Shown here: one piece after another, positions 42,589 to 52,289 of the stretch
Layout: the number at the start of each line of letters is the position of its first letter
Position numbering within the stretch: the stretch's first letter is position 1
From: an uncultured Acidimicrobiia bacterium
GTDB taxonomy: Bacteria > Actinomycetota > Acidimicrobiia > Acidimicrobiales > AC-14
DNA: 64,000 bases
NCBI GenBank assembly: GCA_963836205.1
Contig: CAWIIV010000006.1
Coordinates: forward strand, 544,001-608,000
Direction: 5' to 3'
The notes under the pieces: generated by a model
What the model was told of the DNA's origin: nothing
The model's database searches: none
What the model saw: the letters and a program-made list of their open reading frames with translations, nothing else
Translations under genes and position numbers: made by a program

Positions 42589-43533
42589 ATGAGGGCGCTG
42601 GTCACCGGCGGCGCCGGGTTCATCGGCTCGACATTGGTCGACCGGCTGCTGGCGGAGGGCCATGCCGTCGACGTGGTCGACGACCTGTCGAGCGGGGCCC
42701 TGTCCAACCTGGCCGACGCCCGCAACACGGCCGGGCACGACCTGAGCTTCCACCGCCTCGACATCCGGGAGCCGGGGCTGGTCGAGCTCATGGCCCGCCG
42801 CCGGCCCGAGGTCGTCTTCCACCTGGCCGCCCAGGCCGACGTGCGGGTCTCGGTCGCGCGACCGCTGTTCGACGCCGAGGTCAACATTCTGGGCACCCTC
42901 AACGTGCTGGAGGGGGCGCGGGCGGCGGGGACGGTCAAGGTGGTGCTGGCCGCCAGCGGGGGGACGCTCTACGGCGAGCCCGACGAGCTGCCGGTGCGGG
43001 AGTCGGCCCCCCAACGGCCGCTGTCGCCCTACGGGGTGTCGAAGAAGGCGGCCGGCGACTACCTGGCCGCCTACCGGGAGTTGCACGGGATCGAATTCAC
43101 CGCATTGGCCCTGGCCAACGTCTACGGCCCCCGCCAGGATCCCCACGGGGAGGCGGGTGTGGTGGCCATCTTCGCCGGCCTGCTGCTGGCCGGGGAGCAG
43201 TGCATGATCTTCGGCACCGGCGAGCAGACCCGCGACTTCGTCTACGTCGACGACGTGGTCGACGCCTTCGCCCGGGCCGCCACCCGGGGGAGCGGGCTGC
43301 TCATGAACGTCGGCACCGGCCGGGAGACGTCGGTCAACCGGCTGTACCAGACCATGGCCGACGCCGCCGGTGTGGCCGCGCCGCCGCTCTACGCCCCCGC
43401 CCGGGCGGGTGAGCTGGCCCGGTCGTCCCTCGACCCGGGCCGGGCCGCCATCCACCTCGGCTGGGAGTCGTGGACGAGCTTGGAGGCCGGCACCGCGGAA
43501 GTGCTGCGCTGGTTCGAGGCCCGCCGGGACTGA
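42589..43533 (+). CDS. NAD-dependent epimerase (UDP-glucose 4-epimerase-like)
   Basis: VTGGAGFIGS, HLAAQADVRVSV, SPYGVSK and NVYGPRQDPHGEAGVV motifs. Confidence 0.9.
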   Translation: MRALVTGGAGFIGSTLVDRLLAEGHAVDVVDDLSSGALSNLADARNTAGHDLSFHRLDIREPGLVELMARRRPEVVFHLAAQADVRVSVARPLFDAEVNILGTLNVLEGARAAGTVKVVLAASGGTLYGEPDELPVRESAPQRPLSPYGVSKKAAGDYLAAYRELHGIEFTALALANVYGPRQDPHGEAGVVAIFAGLLLAGEQCMIFGTGEQTRDFVYVDDVVDAFARAATRGSGLLMNVGTGRETSVNRLYQTMADAAGVAAPPLYAPARAGELARSSLDPGRAAIHLGWESWTSLEAGTAEVLRWFEARRD

Positions 43534-43547
43534 CTGACGTCTGGCTC

Positions 43548-43952
43548 TCAGCCGGCCGCTCCGTCGAGCCGCCGGACGAGCTTCTGCGGCGCGAGGAGCC
43601 GGTAGCTCTCGGTGACGAGCTCGGCCACCTCGTCCCACCCGACGCCGGCATCGAGGACGAGACCCACGATGTTCGGCCGCCAGGGAGGAGTGAAGAACGG
43701 GTGCCCGGCGTGGCGGAGGGCGTCGAGCTCGGGGGCCGCCGACTGGAAGGTGAGCACGGTCACCGGGCCGGGGGACCGGGCGGCGCGGGCGTAGCCCGGC
43801 GGCCATCCGGCCTCGATCGAGACGACGTGGGCGAACGTCCTGGCCCGGATGCGCCACCGCGTCCCCACCCACGCCTGCTCCTCGTAGGCCTCCGGCAGCC
43901 GCTCGCACACCCGGCGGAGGCGGACGAGGGTCTCGGGCGGAACATCGATCAT
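43548..43952 (-). CDS. MmcQ/YjbR family protein
   Basis: LPEAYEEQAWVGTRWRIRARTFAHV...WDEVAELVTESYRLLAPQKL. Confidence 0.85.
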   Translation of the reverse strand: MIDVPPETLVRLRRVCERLPEAYEEQAWVGTRWRIRARTFAHVVSIEAGWPPGYARAARSPGPVTVLTFQSAAPELDALRHAGHPFFTPPWRPNIVGLVLDAGVGWDEVAELVTESYRLLAPQKLVRRLDGAAG

Positions 43953-43974
43953 CGGTTGCAGTTCTTCCGGATGG

Positions 43975-44001
43975 TGTCGATTTGGAAGAGTCGGGTTCGT
44001 G
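43975..44001 (+). promoter_or_regulatory. Putative ECF42-type promoter TGTCGA-N17-CGT
   Basis: tgtcga at 43975-43980 and ttcgtg ending at 44001, upstream of ATG 44048. Confidence 0.4.
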
Positions 44002-44047
44002 TTGGTGGTGAGGGTCGGAACGAGCCGCCCGGACCCGAGGAGCCCCG

Positions 44048-44503
44048 ATGACTGCAACCACCAACCCCACCGCCACAGTCACCTCGTCGCCGGCCGTTCC
44101 TTCGGCCACCACCTGCTCGCCGAAGCTGTGGCGCCCCGGCATGATCGCCGGCCTGGCTGCCGCCGCGGCCACCACCGCCGTCGCCGCCGTCGCCCATGCG
44201 TGCGGCGTCTCCCTCGAGACCGCGCCCGGCGAGGCCATCCCCGTCATCGGCTTCGGCCAGCTGACCCTCTTCTTCACCGTCATCGGCATCGTCCTGGCCC
44301 GCACCATCGGCCGCCGGGCCCGCCATCCCCGGTCGACGTTCACCAGGACCACCGTCGCCCTCACCGCCCTCTCCCTGGTGCCCGACGTGACCCTCTCCGC
44401 CGGCGCCTCCACCAAGATCACGCTGATCCTGACCCACCTGGTCGCCGCCGCCGTCGTGATCCCCGCCCTCTCGTCCCGCCTGCCGGAGCGTGGGACGCAC
44501 TGA
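44048..44503 (+). CDS. Small four-TM membrane protein (DUF6069-like)
   Basis: GAGGAG RBS, plus PRSTFTRTTVALTALSLVPD...TLILTHLVAAAVVIP. Confidence 0.8.
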   Translation: MTATTNPTATVTSSPAVPSATTCSPKLWRPGMIAGLAAAAATTAVAAVAHACGVSLETAPGEAIPVIGFGQLTLFFTVIGIVLARTIGRRARHPRSTFTRTTVALTALSLVPDVTLSAGASTKITLILTHLVAAAVVIPALSSRLPERGTH

Positions 44504-44524
44504 CCGAGGTCGCCGCCGACGGCC

Positions 44525-44554
44525 ATGGGCACGGACCGCCTGGTTCGTGCCCAT
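44525..44554. terminator. Hairpin terminator
   Basis: atgggcacggacc-gcct-ggttcgtgcccat forms a 13-bp stem with one G-U pair. Confidence 0.7.
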
Positions 44555-44732
44555 CGGCGCGCTTGGGAGCTAGACCGGCTGGAGGGCCCGAACCGATGAT
44601 CTGAGAAGGTCGTCGCGGGGCATCACCAGGCGAGCGCCTTCGACGCCGATCACCGCGTGGAGCGCAGCGCTGATGATCGTCGCGCCGTGCCGCAATGCCT
44701 CGAACTGGCCTGCCTCGTCGACCCTCGATTCG

Positions 44733-45437
44733 CTACCGGAACAGGTCGTCCCCCGGCGCCCGCACGATCTCCGAGCGGACCGAGCCACCTTCCCGGAGCC
44801 AGGAGCGGTCGGCGCCCCTCACGACGGCGGCGCAGATCCCGGACGCCTTGCCCATGACCAGCTCGGCGGCGGACGCGAGCTCGTCGGCCACCGCTACCTC
44901 GGTCGCGTGCAGCTCCCGGCCCTGGGTGTCGGTGGTGCCCCGCAGGTCGACGACGGCGGCGATGCCGGCGCAGCCGATGGCCACGTCGGTAAGGCCCCGC
45001 CGCCACGGGCGGCCGAAGGTGTCGGACACGATCACCGCCACCTCCACGCCGGTCCGGGCCCGTAGGCCGTCCCGGATGCGGCGGGCGGAACGGTCGGCGT
45101 CGACCGGCAACAGAGTTGCGTAGCCGTCGGGGACGTTGGACAGGTCGACGCCCGAGTTGGCGCACACGAACCCGCCCCGGGTTTCGGTGATGACCAGGTC
45201 GCCTCGCCGGCGGAGGACGCGCACCGCCTCCGCCTCCACCACCGCCGCTCGGGCCTGCCGGTCGTCGTGGTCGAGGGCCACCATCCGCCCCTCGGCCTTC
45301 GACACCACCTTTTGGGTGACAACCACGACGTCGCCGTCCTCGAACGGCACCGAGGCCGCCACCAGCAGGTCGGCGAGCCGGTCGCCGGGCCGAACCTCGG
45401 GCACCCCCTCGACGGGGATGATCTCCAGCCGTCCCAT
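44733..45437 (-). CDS. cofE: Coenzyme F420-0:L-glutamate ligase
   Basis: VPEVRPGD, TQKVVSKAEGR, CANSGVDLSN, SDTFGRPWRRG and ADELASAAELVMGK motifs. Confidence 0.93.
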   Translation of the reverse strand: MGRLEIIPVEGVPEVRPGDRLADLLVAASVPFEDGDVVVVTQKVVSKAEGRMVALDHDDRQARAAVVEAEAVRVLRRRGDLVITETRGGFVCANSGVDLSNVPDGYATLLPVDADRSARRIRDGLRARTGVEVAVIVSDTFGRPWRRGLTDVAIGCAGIAAVVDLRGTTDTQGRELHATEVAVADELASAAELVMGKASGICAAVVRGADRSWLREGGSVRSEIVRAPGDDLFR

Positions 45438-46363
45438 CAGGCCCCGACGACGGCGGCGGCCAGGGCGACCGCCTCCGCCCGGCCCCGCATGACCGACGGG
45501 GTGACGACGCAGCGCATCCCTTCGTCCTCCACCGCGCCCGCCAGCCACCCGTCGGCCTCGTCGACGACCAGCACCGACGCCAGCGACGCGTACAGCCGCG
45601 CCACGCCAACCACCGACACGTCGTGGCCGAGGTCGGCCAGCAGGCGGGCGGCCGGACCCTTGAGGGCGGCACCCGCGACGATGGGCGACACCGCCACCAC
45701 GTCCTCCCGCCGGGCCTCGACCGCGGCCCGCACCCCCGGCACGGCGAGGATCGGGTCGATCGACACGATCGGGTTGGACGGGCAGATCACCACCCGATCG
45801 GCGACCGCCAATGCATCGAGGACGCCCGGCCCGGCCGCCGCGAACGACGCCCCCGCGAACCGCACCGACCGCACCGGGACGTCGTGGCGACGGCGCACGA
45901 AGTAGTCCTGGAACTCGATCTCCCCCTCGCCCGGCACCTCCACCCGGGTCTCCACGCGGTCGTCCGACATCGGTAGCAGCCGCACGCCCACCCCCCAGGC
46001 GGCGGCGACCTCGGCCGTCACCAGCGACAGGGGTGCTCCCCCCGCCAGCCGGCGGGTGCGGTAGAGGTGGTTGGCCAGGTCGCGGTCGCCCAGGCGGAAC
46101 CAGGTGAGATCGGGACCGAACCGGTCGAGGGCGTCCATGGCCGCCCACGACTCGCCGGCCAGGCCCCAGCCGGTCTCCGGGTTCACGGCGTCGGCCAGGG
46201 TGTAGGTGACGGTGTCGAGGTCGGGGCAGACGTGCAGGCCGTGGATGACGAAGTCGTCGCCGGTGTTGACGATGGCGGTGACGGAGGCCGGGTCGACCAC
46301 CTCTACCAGGCCCCGGAGGAGCCGGGCGGCCCCCACCCCGCCTGCGAGGGCCGCGATGCGCAC
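45437..46363 (-). CDS. cofD: 2-phospho-L-lactate transferase
   Basis: LAGGVGAAR, NTGDD, CPDLDT, WFRLGDRD, PSNPIVSI and KGPA motifs. Confidence 0.93.
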   Translation of the reverse strand: MRIAALAGGVGAARLLRGLVEVVDPASVTAIVNTGDDFVIHGLHVCPDLDTVTYTLADAVNPETGWGLAGESWAAMDALDRFGPDLTWFRLGDRDLANHLYRTRRLAGGAPLSLVTAEVAAAWGVGVRLLPMSDDRVETRVEVPGEGEIEFQDYFVRRRHDVPVRSVRFAGASFAAAGPGVLDALAVADRVVICPSNPIVSIDPILAVPGVRAAVEARREDVVAVSPIVAGAALKGPAARLLADLGHDVSVVGVARLYASLASVLVVDEADGWLAGAVEDEGMRCVVTPSVMRGRAEAVALAAAVVGA

Positions 46364-46418
46364 GCCGGAGAGGCTACCGGCGGACCACGGCCCCGAAGGC
46401 CCCGGCCACTAGCCTCGC

Positions 46419-46502
46419 AATCCCAGTGACGACCAAATCCCAGTGACGGCCCAATTCCAAGTGACGGCCCAATTCCAGTGACGGCCCAATTCCAGTGACG
46501 GC
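46419..46502. repeat. 17-bp tandem repeat, ~5 copies
   Basis: aat(t/c)ccagtgacggccc units start at 46419, 46436, 46453 (18 bp), 46471 and 46488 (partial). Confidence 0.92.
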
Positions 46503-48465
46503 ATCGACCCACGATCGCGTCGACCCGCAGCCGGCCCTCCCCCCCGAAGGCGGGCGGAACCCGGGCGCGCCGCGTCCGGCCCGACGGATCCCCCGAGCCC
46601 ACCTGCTCGTCCTCGTCGCCATCGCCGCCGTCGGCCTCCTCCGGGGGCTGTTCTGGGTCGCCACCACCGAGGTGTGGAGTCCCATCGACGAGGCCCACCA
46701 CTACGGCTTCGTCCAGTCGCTCGCCACCGGCCACGGCATCCCCACCGTGGGAAAGGACGTGATGCCGGTGGAGGTGGTCGAGGTCATCAAGGCCTCCCCC
46801 ACCCTCGCCTCCCGGTCGACGCCCCACCTCCCCACGCTCGACGACGGCTACTGGTCGGTGGCATCGTCGCAGTACGAGGCGGTCCAACCGCCGCTCTACT
46901 ACGTCCTGCTGGTGCCGGCCTATTGGGTCTCGCGCCCGTTCGGTTTCGTCGCGTCGATCTACGGGTTGCGCATCGGGTCAGTGCTGATCGCCCTGGCCGC
47001 AGTCCCCCTCACCTGGATGCTGGCCAAGGAGCTGTTCCCCCGCCGGCCTGCGGTCTGGCTGGCGGCGCCGGCCGTCCTGGTGGCGATCAACGGCTTCAAC
47101 ACCAACCTGGCCACCATCGGCAACGACGCCTTGGTGGTACCCGTCGCCGCCCTCGCCCTGCTTGCTGCGGCCCGCTTCCACCGCGCCCCCAGCCTCAGGA
47201 CAGCGGCCCTCACCGGGCTCGCGCTGGGGGCAGCCCTCCTGGCCAAGACCACCACCCTGGGCCTGGTCGGCGTGCTCGCCCTCCCCTACCTGTGGTTGCT
47301 CGCCACCCGGCGCCAGTCGCTCACCCAGGTGCTCAAGGCGGGCGCAGTCACGGGGGCGTGCGCGGGGGCGGTGCTGGCGCCATGGGTGTTGTGGAACCTG
47401 GCCACCTACGGCTCACCCACCGCGGCCGACGCCAGCAGCGCCATCACCGGCCAGATGATGGCTCGGTCGCAGCTGGGCCTCGGCACCCTGTGGGACCACG
47501 TCCGGCTGGCCAACATGGGCTTCTGGGACTCGGCCCTGTTCAGCCACCTCACCGGTCCTCCCTACGAGCGGGTGTGGGTGTGGGCGGCCGTGGCGGCGGT
47601 GGTCGCCGGCGTGGGGACGGCCCTGGCCCGACGGGACCGAACGGCGGCGGTGGCTCTGGCCTGGGTCGGCACCGCCCTGCCCCTGGCCTTCCTGGGTATG
47701 GAGGCCATCGTGTTCGGCCTCTTCGACGGCGTGGGCCATCCCGAGGGCCGTCACCTCTACACCGCCCTGGTCCCAGTGAGCATCCTGGTGGCGGCGGCGG
47801 CCGTCATCGCCCTCGGGCCGCGCTGGGGCGTGGTCGCGGTCGCGGCCGTGATCGCGGTCGCCTTCGTGGCCGAGCAGTCCCAGGCGCGGGACTACGTGAC
47901 CGCCACCTACTCCGCCGGCCGCCTCCCGGGCGACCTGACCCCCGTCGTCGACCAGCCGTTGAACGAGGGATTCGTGTCCACGTCCGCCATCCGGGTCGAC
48001 CCGCCCTGCCCGGTGCGAGCCGTGGGCCTGGTGGTCGACGGTCCGCCGCCGGCCACGCTCCTCGTCGACGGTGCCGCCACCCCGCTCACCGGCACGGTGG
48101 CCGAGCTCTCCCGTAGGCCGCGTCCGTCCGATCCCGAGGTGCAGGTGTACTCGCTGCCCTCGCCCCTCGCCGCCCCGTTCGACGTGGTCGCGCCCGAAGG
48201 CCTGGTGGTCGGCACCAGCCTCGCCGACACCGAACCCCGCCTGGCCCTGGCCGACGGACCGGGCGACCCCGTCGCCCGCCTGTACTGCCAGGTGCCCGAC
48301 TCCGTGCGGGCCCGCTTCGACCAGCAGTTCCCCCCGCTGCACCCGAGCCAGCTCGGCTACGACACCGTCCGCCTATGGCCCCGGGCGTGGGCCGCCCTCG
48401 GCGTCCTCGGCCTGCTGGCTGCGGTGGGCGCGGCCCTCCGCCCCCGGAAGTCGGTGGACGGGTGA
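46495..48465 (+). CDS. Polytopic GT-C glycosyltransferase (DUF2142/PMT-like) with a C-terminal extracellular domain
   Basis: PIDEAHH, YEAVQPPLYY, GNDAL, LLAK and EGRHLY motifs, with many TM helices. The start is uncertain. Confidence 0.78.
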   Translation: MTASTHDRVDPQPALPPEGGRNPGAPRPARRIPRAHLLVLVAIAAVGLLRGLFWVATTEVWSPIDEAHHYGFVQSLATGHGIPTVGKDVMPVEVVEVIKASPTLASRSTPHLPTLDDGYWSVASSQYEAVQPPLYYVLLVPAYWVSRPFGFVASIYGLRIGSVLIALAAVPLTWMLAKELFPRRPAVWLAAPAVLVAINGFNTNLATIGNDALVVPVAALALLAAARFHRAPSLRTAALTGLALGAALLAKTTTLGLVGVLALPYLWLLATRRQSLTQVLKAGAVTGACAGAVLAPWVLWNLATYGSPTAADASSAITGQMMARSQLGLGTLWDHVRLANMGFWDSALFSHLTGPPYERVWVWAAVAAVVAGVGTALARRDRTAAVALAWVGTALPLAFLGMEAIVFGLFDGVGHPEGRHLYTALVPVSILVAAAAVIALGPRWGVVAVAAVIAVAFVAEQSQARDYVTATYSAGRLPGDLTPVVDQPLNEGFVSTSAIRVDPPCPVRAVGLVVDGPPPATLLVDGAATPLTGTVAELSRRPRPSDPEVQVYSLPSPLAAPFDVVAPEGLVVGTSLADTEPRLALADGPGDPVARLYCQVPDSVRARFDQQFPPLHPSQLGYDTVRLWPRAWAALGVLGLLAAVGAALRPRKSVDG

Positions 48466-49514
48466 GCGAGCCCATCCGCAAGGAGCACCGCCATATCGAG
48501 TTCCCGGGCGCGGCCTGGACCGCGTTCGACCGCTACAGCCGGTACGGAGCGATCGTCCGGGCCCTGCGGGCGACGCTCGGGGCGGGACGCCTCCGGGTGC
48601 TCGACGTCGGCGACGGCGCCGGCTACCTGTCGGCCTTCGACGCCGACCTCGACGCGGTGTCGGTCGACCTGTCACCCACAGCCGAGCCCCTGGCCGGCAC
48701 CGTCCGCCTGGCCGCCGACGGCACCCGCCTCCCCTTCCCCGACGCCAGCTTCGACGCGGTGGTCAGCAGCGACGCCCTCGAACACGTCCCGCCCGGGCTG
48801 CGGGACGGCTTCCTGGCCGAGCTGGTCCGCGTCAGCCGGGAGCTGGTGCTCCTGGCCGCTCCCTTCGACACGCCGGGGGTGGCGGGGGCCGAGGAGCTGG
48901 TGCGGCGGTTCGTCCTCCTCGTCACCGGGAGCGCCCAGGAGCAGCTCGACGAGCACCGCGACCACGGGCTGCCGGGCGTCGACGACACCGTGGCCCGGTT
49001 TGCCGGTCTCGGCCTGCAGGTGGCGGTGGCCGGCGCCGGCAACCTCCACGACTGGCTGGCCATGATGCTGCTCAAGCACCAGCTGGTGGCCCGGCCCGCC
49101 CTCGGACCCCTCGATACCGGCTACGACATCGCCTACAACTGGATGTTCTCGGGACGTGACCACGTGCCGCCCTTCTACCGCCACCTGGTCGCCGCCGGCC
49201 GCACCGCGCCGCCGTCTTTCGGTGACCCCTCGCCCCTCGACGGCGCCCCCGCCGACAGCATCGCCGGGCTGCTGGCCGTGTTCACCGCGGCCAACGTGGC
49301 CGAGGCCGTCCGGCAGGACACCAATCACCGGGTGGCCGCCACCGAGCGCCTGGTGGCCGACGTCTCCCCCCGCCTGGCCGCCATCGAGGATGCTGTCGCC
49401 CGCCTCGACGCCCGCTCCCAGGCCATCGAGACGTCGATCGAGCACCTCCTCCACCTCGTCCGCCACCCGGTGGCGAGCGCGGTCGACAAGGTCCGCCGCA
49501 AGCCCAACCGGTGA
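48462..49514 (+). CDS. Class I SAM-dependent methyltransferase with a C-terminal coiled-coil
   Basis: VLDVGDGAG and LPFPDASFDAVVSSDALEHV motifs. Heptad-like tail LAAIEDAVARLDARSQAIETSIEHL. Confidence 0.85.
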   Translation: MSEPIRKEHRHIEFPGAAWTAFDRYSRYGAIVRALRATLGAGRLRVLDVGDGAGYLSAFDADLDAVSVDLSPTAEPLAGTVRLAADGTRLPFPDASFDAVVSSDALEHVPPGLRDGFLAELVRVSRELVLLAAPFDTPGVAGAEELVRRFVLLVTGSAQEQLDEHRDHGLPGVDDTVARFAGLGLQVAVAGAGNLHDWLAMMLLKHQLVARPALGPLDTGYDIAYNWMFSGRDHVPPFYRHLVAAGRTAPPSFGDPSPLDGAPADSIAGLLAVFTAANVAEAVRQDTNHRVAATERLVADVSPRLAAIEDAVARLDARSQAIETSIEHLLHLVRHPVASAVDKVRRKPNR

Positions 49515-49518
49515 CCGG

Positions 49519-52206
49519 TCAGCGGTTCGAGAGGTGGCGGCGGACGGCCTTGGCCGAGTAGCGGGTGAGGCGCACAACGGTCGACTTGGCCCCGTCGGTG
49601 CGCACGCTCTCCCGCAACACCGCCACCAGCCGGCCGGCTTCGGCCCGCGCCGCCTGCGCCCGCCGAGCCGCGGGTGCAGCCGACGGCGGGAGCGCGTCTG
49701 AGGTGGACGCCGCCCCGTAGGGCTCCAGCTCGAACGGGTGAGGCGGCTCGGTGTGGGCGACCGGCACCCAGGCCGAGGCCGACTCGGACGGTTGCCGCAG
49801 CTCGGCCGTCTCGAGGATCTCCCGGTACCGGTGGGCCTGGAGGTGGGGCGACCAGCGCAGCAGCGCCTCCCGCCGGGCGTGGCGACCGACCGAGTGGCGA
49901 AGGGCGTCGTCGACCAGCAAGCGGTCGATGGCGTCGACCCACGCCTCGACCGTCGCCGCCAGCATCCCCGTTACCCCGGGAGTGATCGCCTCCCGGAACG
50001 GTTCGGTGGGACTGGCGACCGTCGGCGTCTCCACCAGGGCCGACTCCAGCCACTTGATGGCGCTCTTGGACTCGTTGAAGCGGCTGCCGGGGGCGAGGGG
50101 GGCGAGGTTGACGTCGAGCTGGCGCAGCAGCCGCGGCAGCTCCAGCCAGGGCAGGAACGGGAAGCGCACGACCCGGTCGGCGAACGGGTCGAGGGCGGCC
50201 GACGGCGTCACCAGGCCCGCCAGCCACAGCTCCACGCCCGGATGGCGGGTGAGGATCTCGGCGATGGCCGGCTCCACGTGGGCCCAGTCGAGGTCGTGGG
50301 TGTTGGTGCCGCTCAGGTATCCGATCCGGGGCGGGCCCGGCTGGCGGCCCCGCCGCAGGGCATCGTCGGACGCCGCCCCCAGCAGCACCCCGACGCCGTT
50401 GGGGAACTGGCGGGCGGGCAGCCCCGTGACCTCGGTGGCGTGCCGGCAGAGTGCGGGCGTGGTGCCGACGAAGGCGTCGCAGGCCTCCATCGTCGTCCGG
50501 TAGCGGCGGACGCCCTCCATCCACAGCTCGGCCTCGTCCGGCGGCAGGATCTCGAGGGCGGGGATCTCGGCGGCCACGTCCGGGTCGAAGATGAGGTCGT
50601 CGACGTCGAACAGGACGGGGACCCCCCGGTCGCGCACCGAACCGATCGTGGCCAGGATCTCGACCGTGGCCGGCACCCGGTAGACGACGACCGCGTCAGC
50701 CTGGGCGGCCAGGCGGGGGACGTCGGGGTGGCGGTAGTGGCGGACGACGCTCTCCACCCCGACCAGCGCCAGCGCCTCCGCCGGCAGCCGGGCCCGGTAC
50801 CGCAGCGGCGCCCCCTCGATCCCCACGACGAACAGCACTCGGCGGACGGATCGCCTCCTGGGGTTGGCCGGCGCAGCGGGTCCGGCCAGCAGCCCGGCGT
50901 ACAGCCGCTCCAGGCCCGCGACCTGGTCCTCGATCGACCGGACCGGAAGTGGCGGGCGGCACCCGGCCCGCAGGCGTTCCAGCAGCGCTCGATCGACGAC
51001 CAACGACCGCATGGCCGCGGCCAAGGCCTGCCCGTCCCCCGCCGGGACCACCAACCCGTTACGGCCGTGGTCGACGACCTCCTCCGGGCCGAGGGTGTCG
51101 GTGCACACCACCGGCAGTCCCCGGATGAGCGCCTCCCGGGTGACCAGGGAGTACGTCTCCCGCATGAGGGACGGGGCGACCACCACGTCGGCACCGGCGA
51201 AGACCGCGTCCAGGTCGACCGGGTCGAAGGGAGGCCGGACGTCGACCGGCAGGCGATCGCTGGCGGCCGGGGGGGCCACCTGGTCGTTGCGAGTGGGGCC
51301 GTCCCACCCGTAGGCGGTCAACCGCCAGCCGGGCCGCGAGGCCATCCGCCGGGCCGCCTCGAACAACACCTGAGCGCCCTTCATGGGATTGGTCCCCCCG
51401 GTGAACAGGAACCGCACCGGTCCCGTCTCGGCCTGCTCCGAACGGCCCGCGCCCGCCAGCCCGGTCACATCCGCCGGCACGTCAGCCGGCTCCGACCCGC
51501 CCGCCGGCCCGGTCGCTCCCCTTTCCGCCGGCACTCCCGTCGGCCCGCCGACGGCGGCACTACCGCCGCCGTCCGGCAGACCGTTCTCGTCGACGACCAG
51601 GCGGTTGGGGTCGACGCCGTTGGCGGCCAACACCCGGGCCGCGACTGCCGACGGGGCCAGGATGACGTCGGCCCGCTCCAGCATGGTTGCCAGCCGTCGA
51701 TTGCGGGCCTCCAGCCACGGCCGGTCCACCTCGCAGGGGCAGTTCCCGGCCGCCACCACCAGCGAGCACGGCTGCATGGCCCGGTCGACGAGGAACTGGC
51801 GGGGGCAGCACCACCAGAAATCGTGCATGGTGACCACGACCTTGGCCCCGCTGTCGGCCGCGATCGGCACCAGGTTCCCGCCCAGGGACTGGAGGGCGTG
51901 CAGGTGGACGACCTCCGGGCGCACCTCCCGCAGGTGGGCCGCGAAATGGGCGCCGACGTCGGGGTTGTCGAAATTCCGCTCGTCGCCCCACCCGATCCAC
52001 CGGCCGCTGACCACCCACCGCACGGGTAGCCCGGTGTCGTCGACCTCCTCCCAGGACTCCAGCGGCGGACGCTCCCCCAGCCACCCCGCATACACCGACA
52101 CGTCGTGGTCCCGCCCCCGCAGGCCCCGGGCCAGGCGCTGGGGTTGGAGCGTGCCGCCGCTGACGAAGTTCGGCGGAAAGTGGGCCGACACGACGACGAT
52201 CCGCAT
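49519..52206 (-). CDS. Two-domain GT-B (GT4-like) glycosyltransferase
   Basis: VVTMHDFWW, KG, ETYSLVTREA and HGRNG in domain 1. FDVDDLIF, GTNTH and FNESKSAIKWLE in domain 2. Confidence 0.9.
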   Translation of the reverse strand: MRIVVVSAHFPPNFVSGGTLQPQRLARGLRGRDHDVSVYAGWLGERPPLESWEEVDDTGLPVRWVVSGRWIGWGDERNFDNPDVGAHFAAHLREVRPEVVHLHALQSLGGNLVPIAADSGAKVVVTMHDFWWCCPRQFLVDRAMQPCSLVVAAGNCPCEVDRPWLEARNRRLATMLERADVILAPSAVAARVLAANGVDPNRLVVDENGLPDGGGSAAVGGPTGVPAERGATGPAGGSEPADVPADVTGLAGAGRSEQAETGPVRFLFTGGTNPMKGAQVLFEAARRMASRPGWRLTAYGWDGPTRNDQVAPPAASDRLPVDVRPPFDPVDLDAVFAGADVVVAPSLMRETYSLVTREALIRGLPVVCTDTLGPEEVVDHGRNGLVVPAGDGQALAAAMRSLVVDRALLERLRAGCRPPLPVRSIEDQVAGLERLYAGLLAGPAAPANPRRRSVRRVLFVVGIEGAPLRYRARLPAEALALVGVESVVRHYRHPDVPRLAAQADAVVVYRVPATVEILATIGSVRDRGVPVLFDVDDLIFDPDVAAEIPALEILPPDEAELWMEGVRRYRTTMEACDAFVGTTPALCRHATEVTGLPARQFPNGVGVLLGAASDDALRRGRQPGPPRIGYLSGTNTHDLDWAHVEPAIAEILTRHPGVELWLAGLVTPSAALDPFADRVVRFPFLPWLELPRLLRQLDVNLAPLAPGSRFNESKSAIKWLESALVETPTVASPTEPFREAITPGVTGMLAATVEAWVDAIDRLLVDDALRHSVGRHARREALLRWSPHLQAHRYREILETAELRQPSESASAWVPVAHTEPPHPFELEPYGAASTSDALPPSAAPAARRAQAARAEAGRLVAVLRESVRTDGAKSTVVRLTRYSAKAVRRHLSNR

Positions 52207-52289
52207 CCGCCGCGACCCTACCGCCGACGGCGAACGCCCGAGTCCCCGCTTCCGTCCAGGTGCAGCGACGCGAAAGCGAGGACGATAGG

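Noticed and set aside
46419-46502. Possible mini-CRISPR or plasmid iterons
   Set aside because: No spacers, no rep or cas gene, and it is flanked by core genes.
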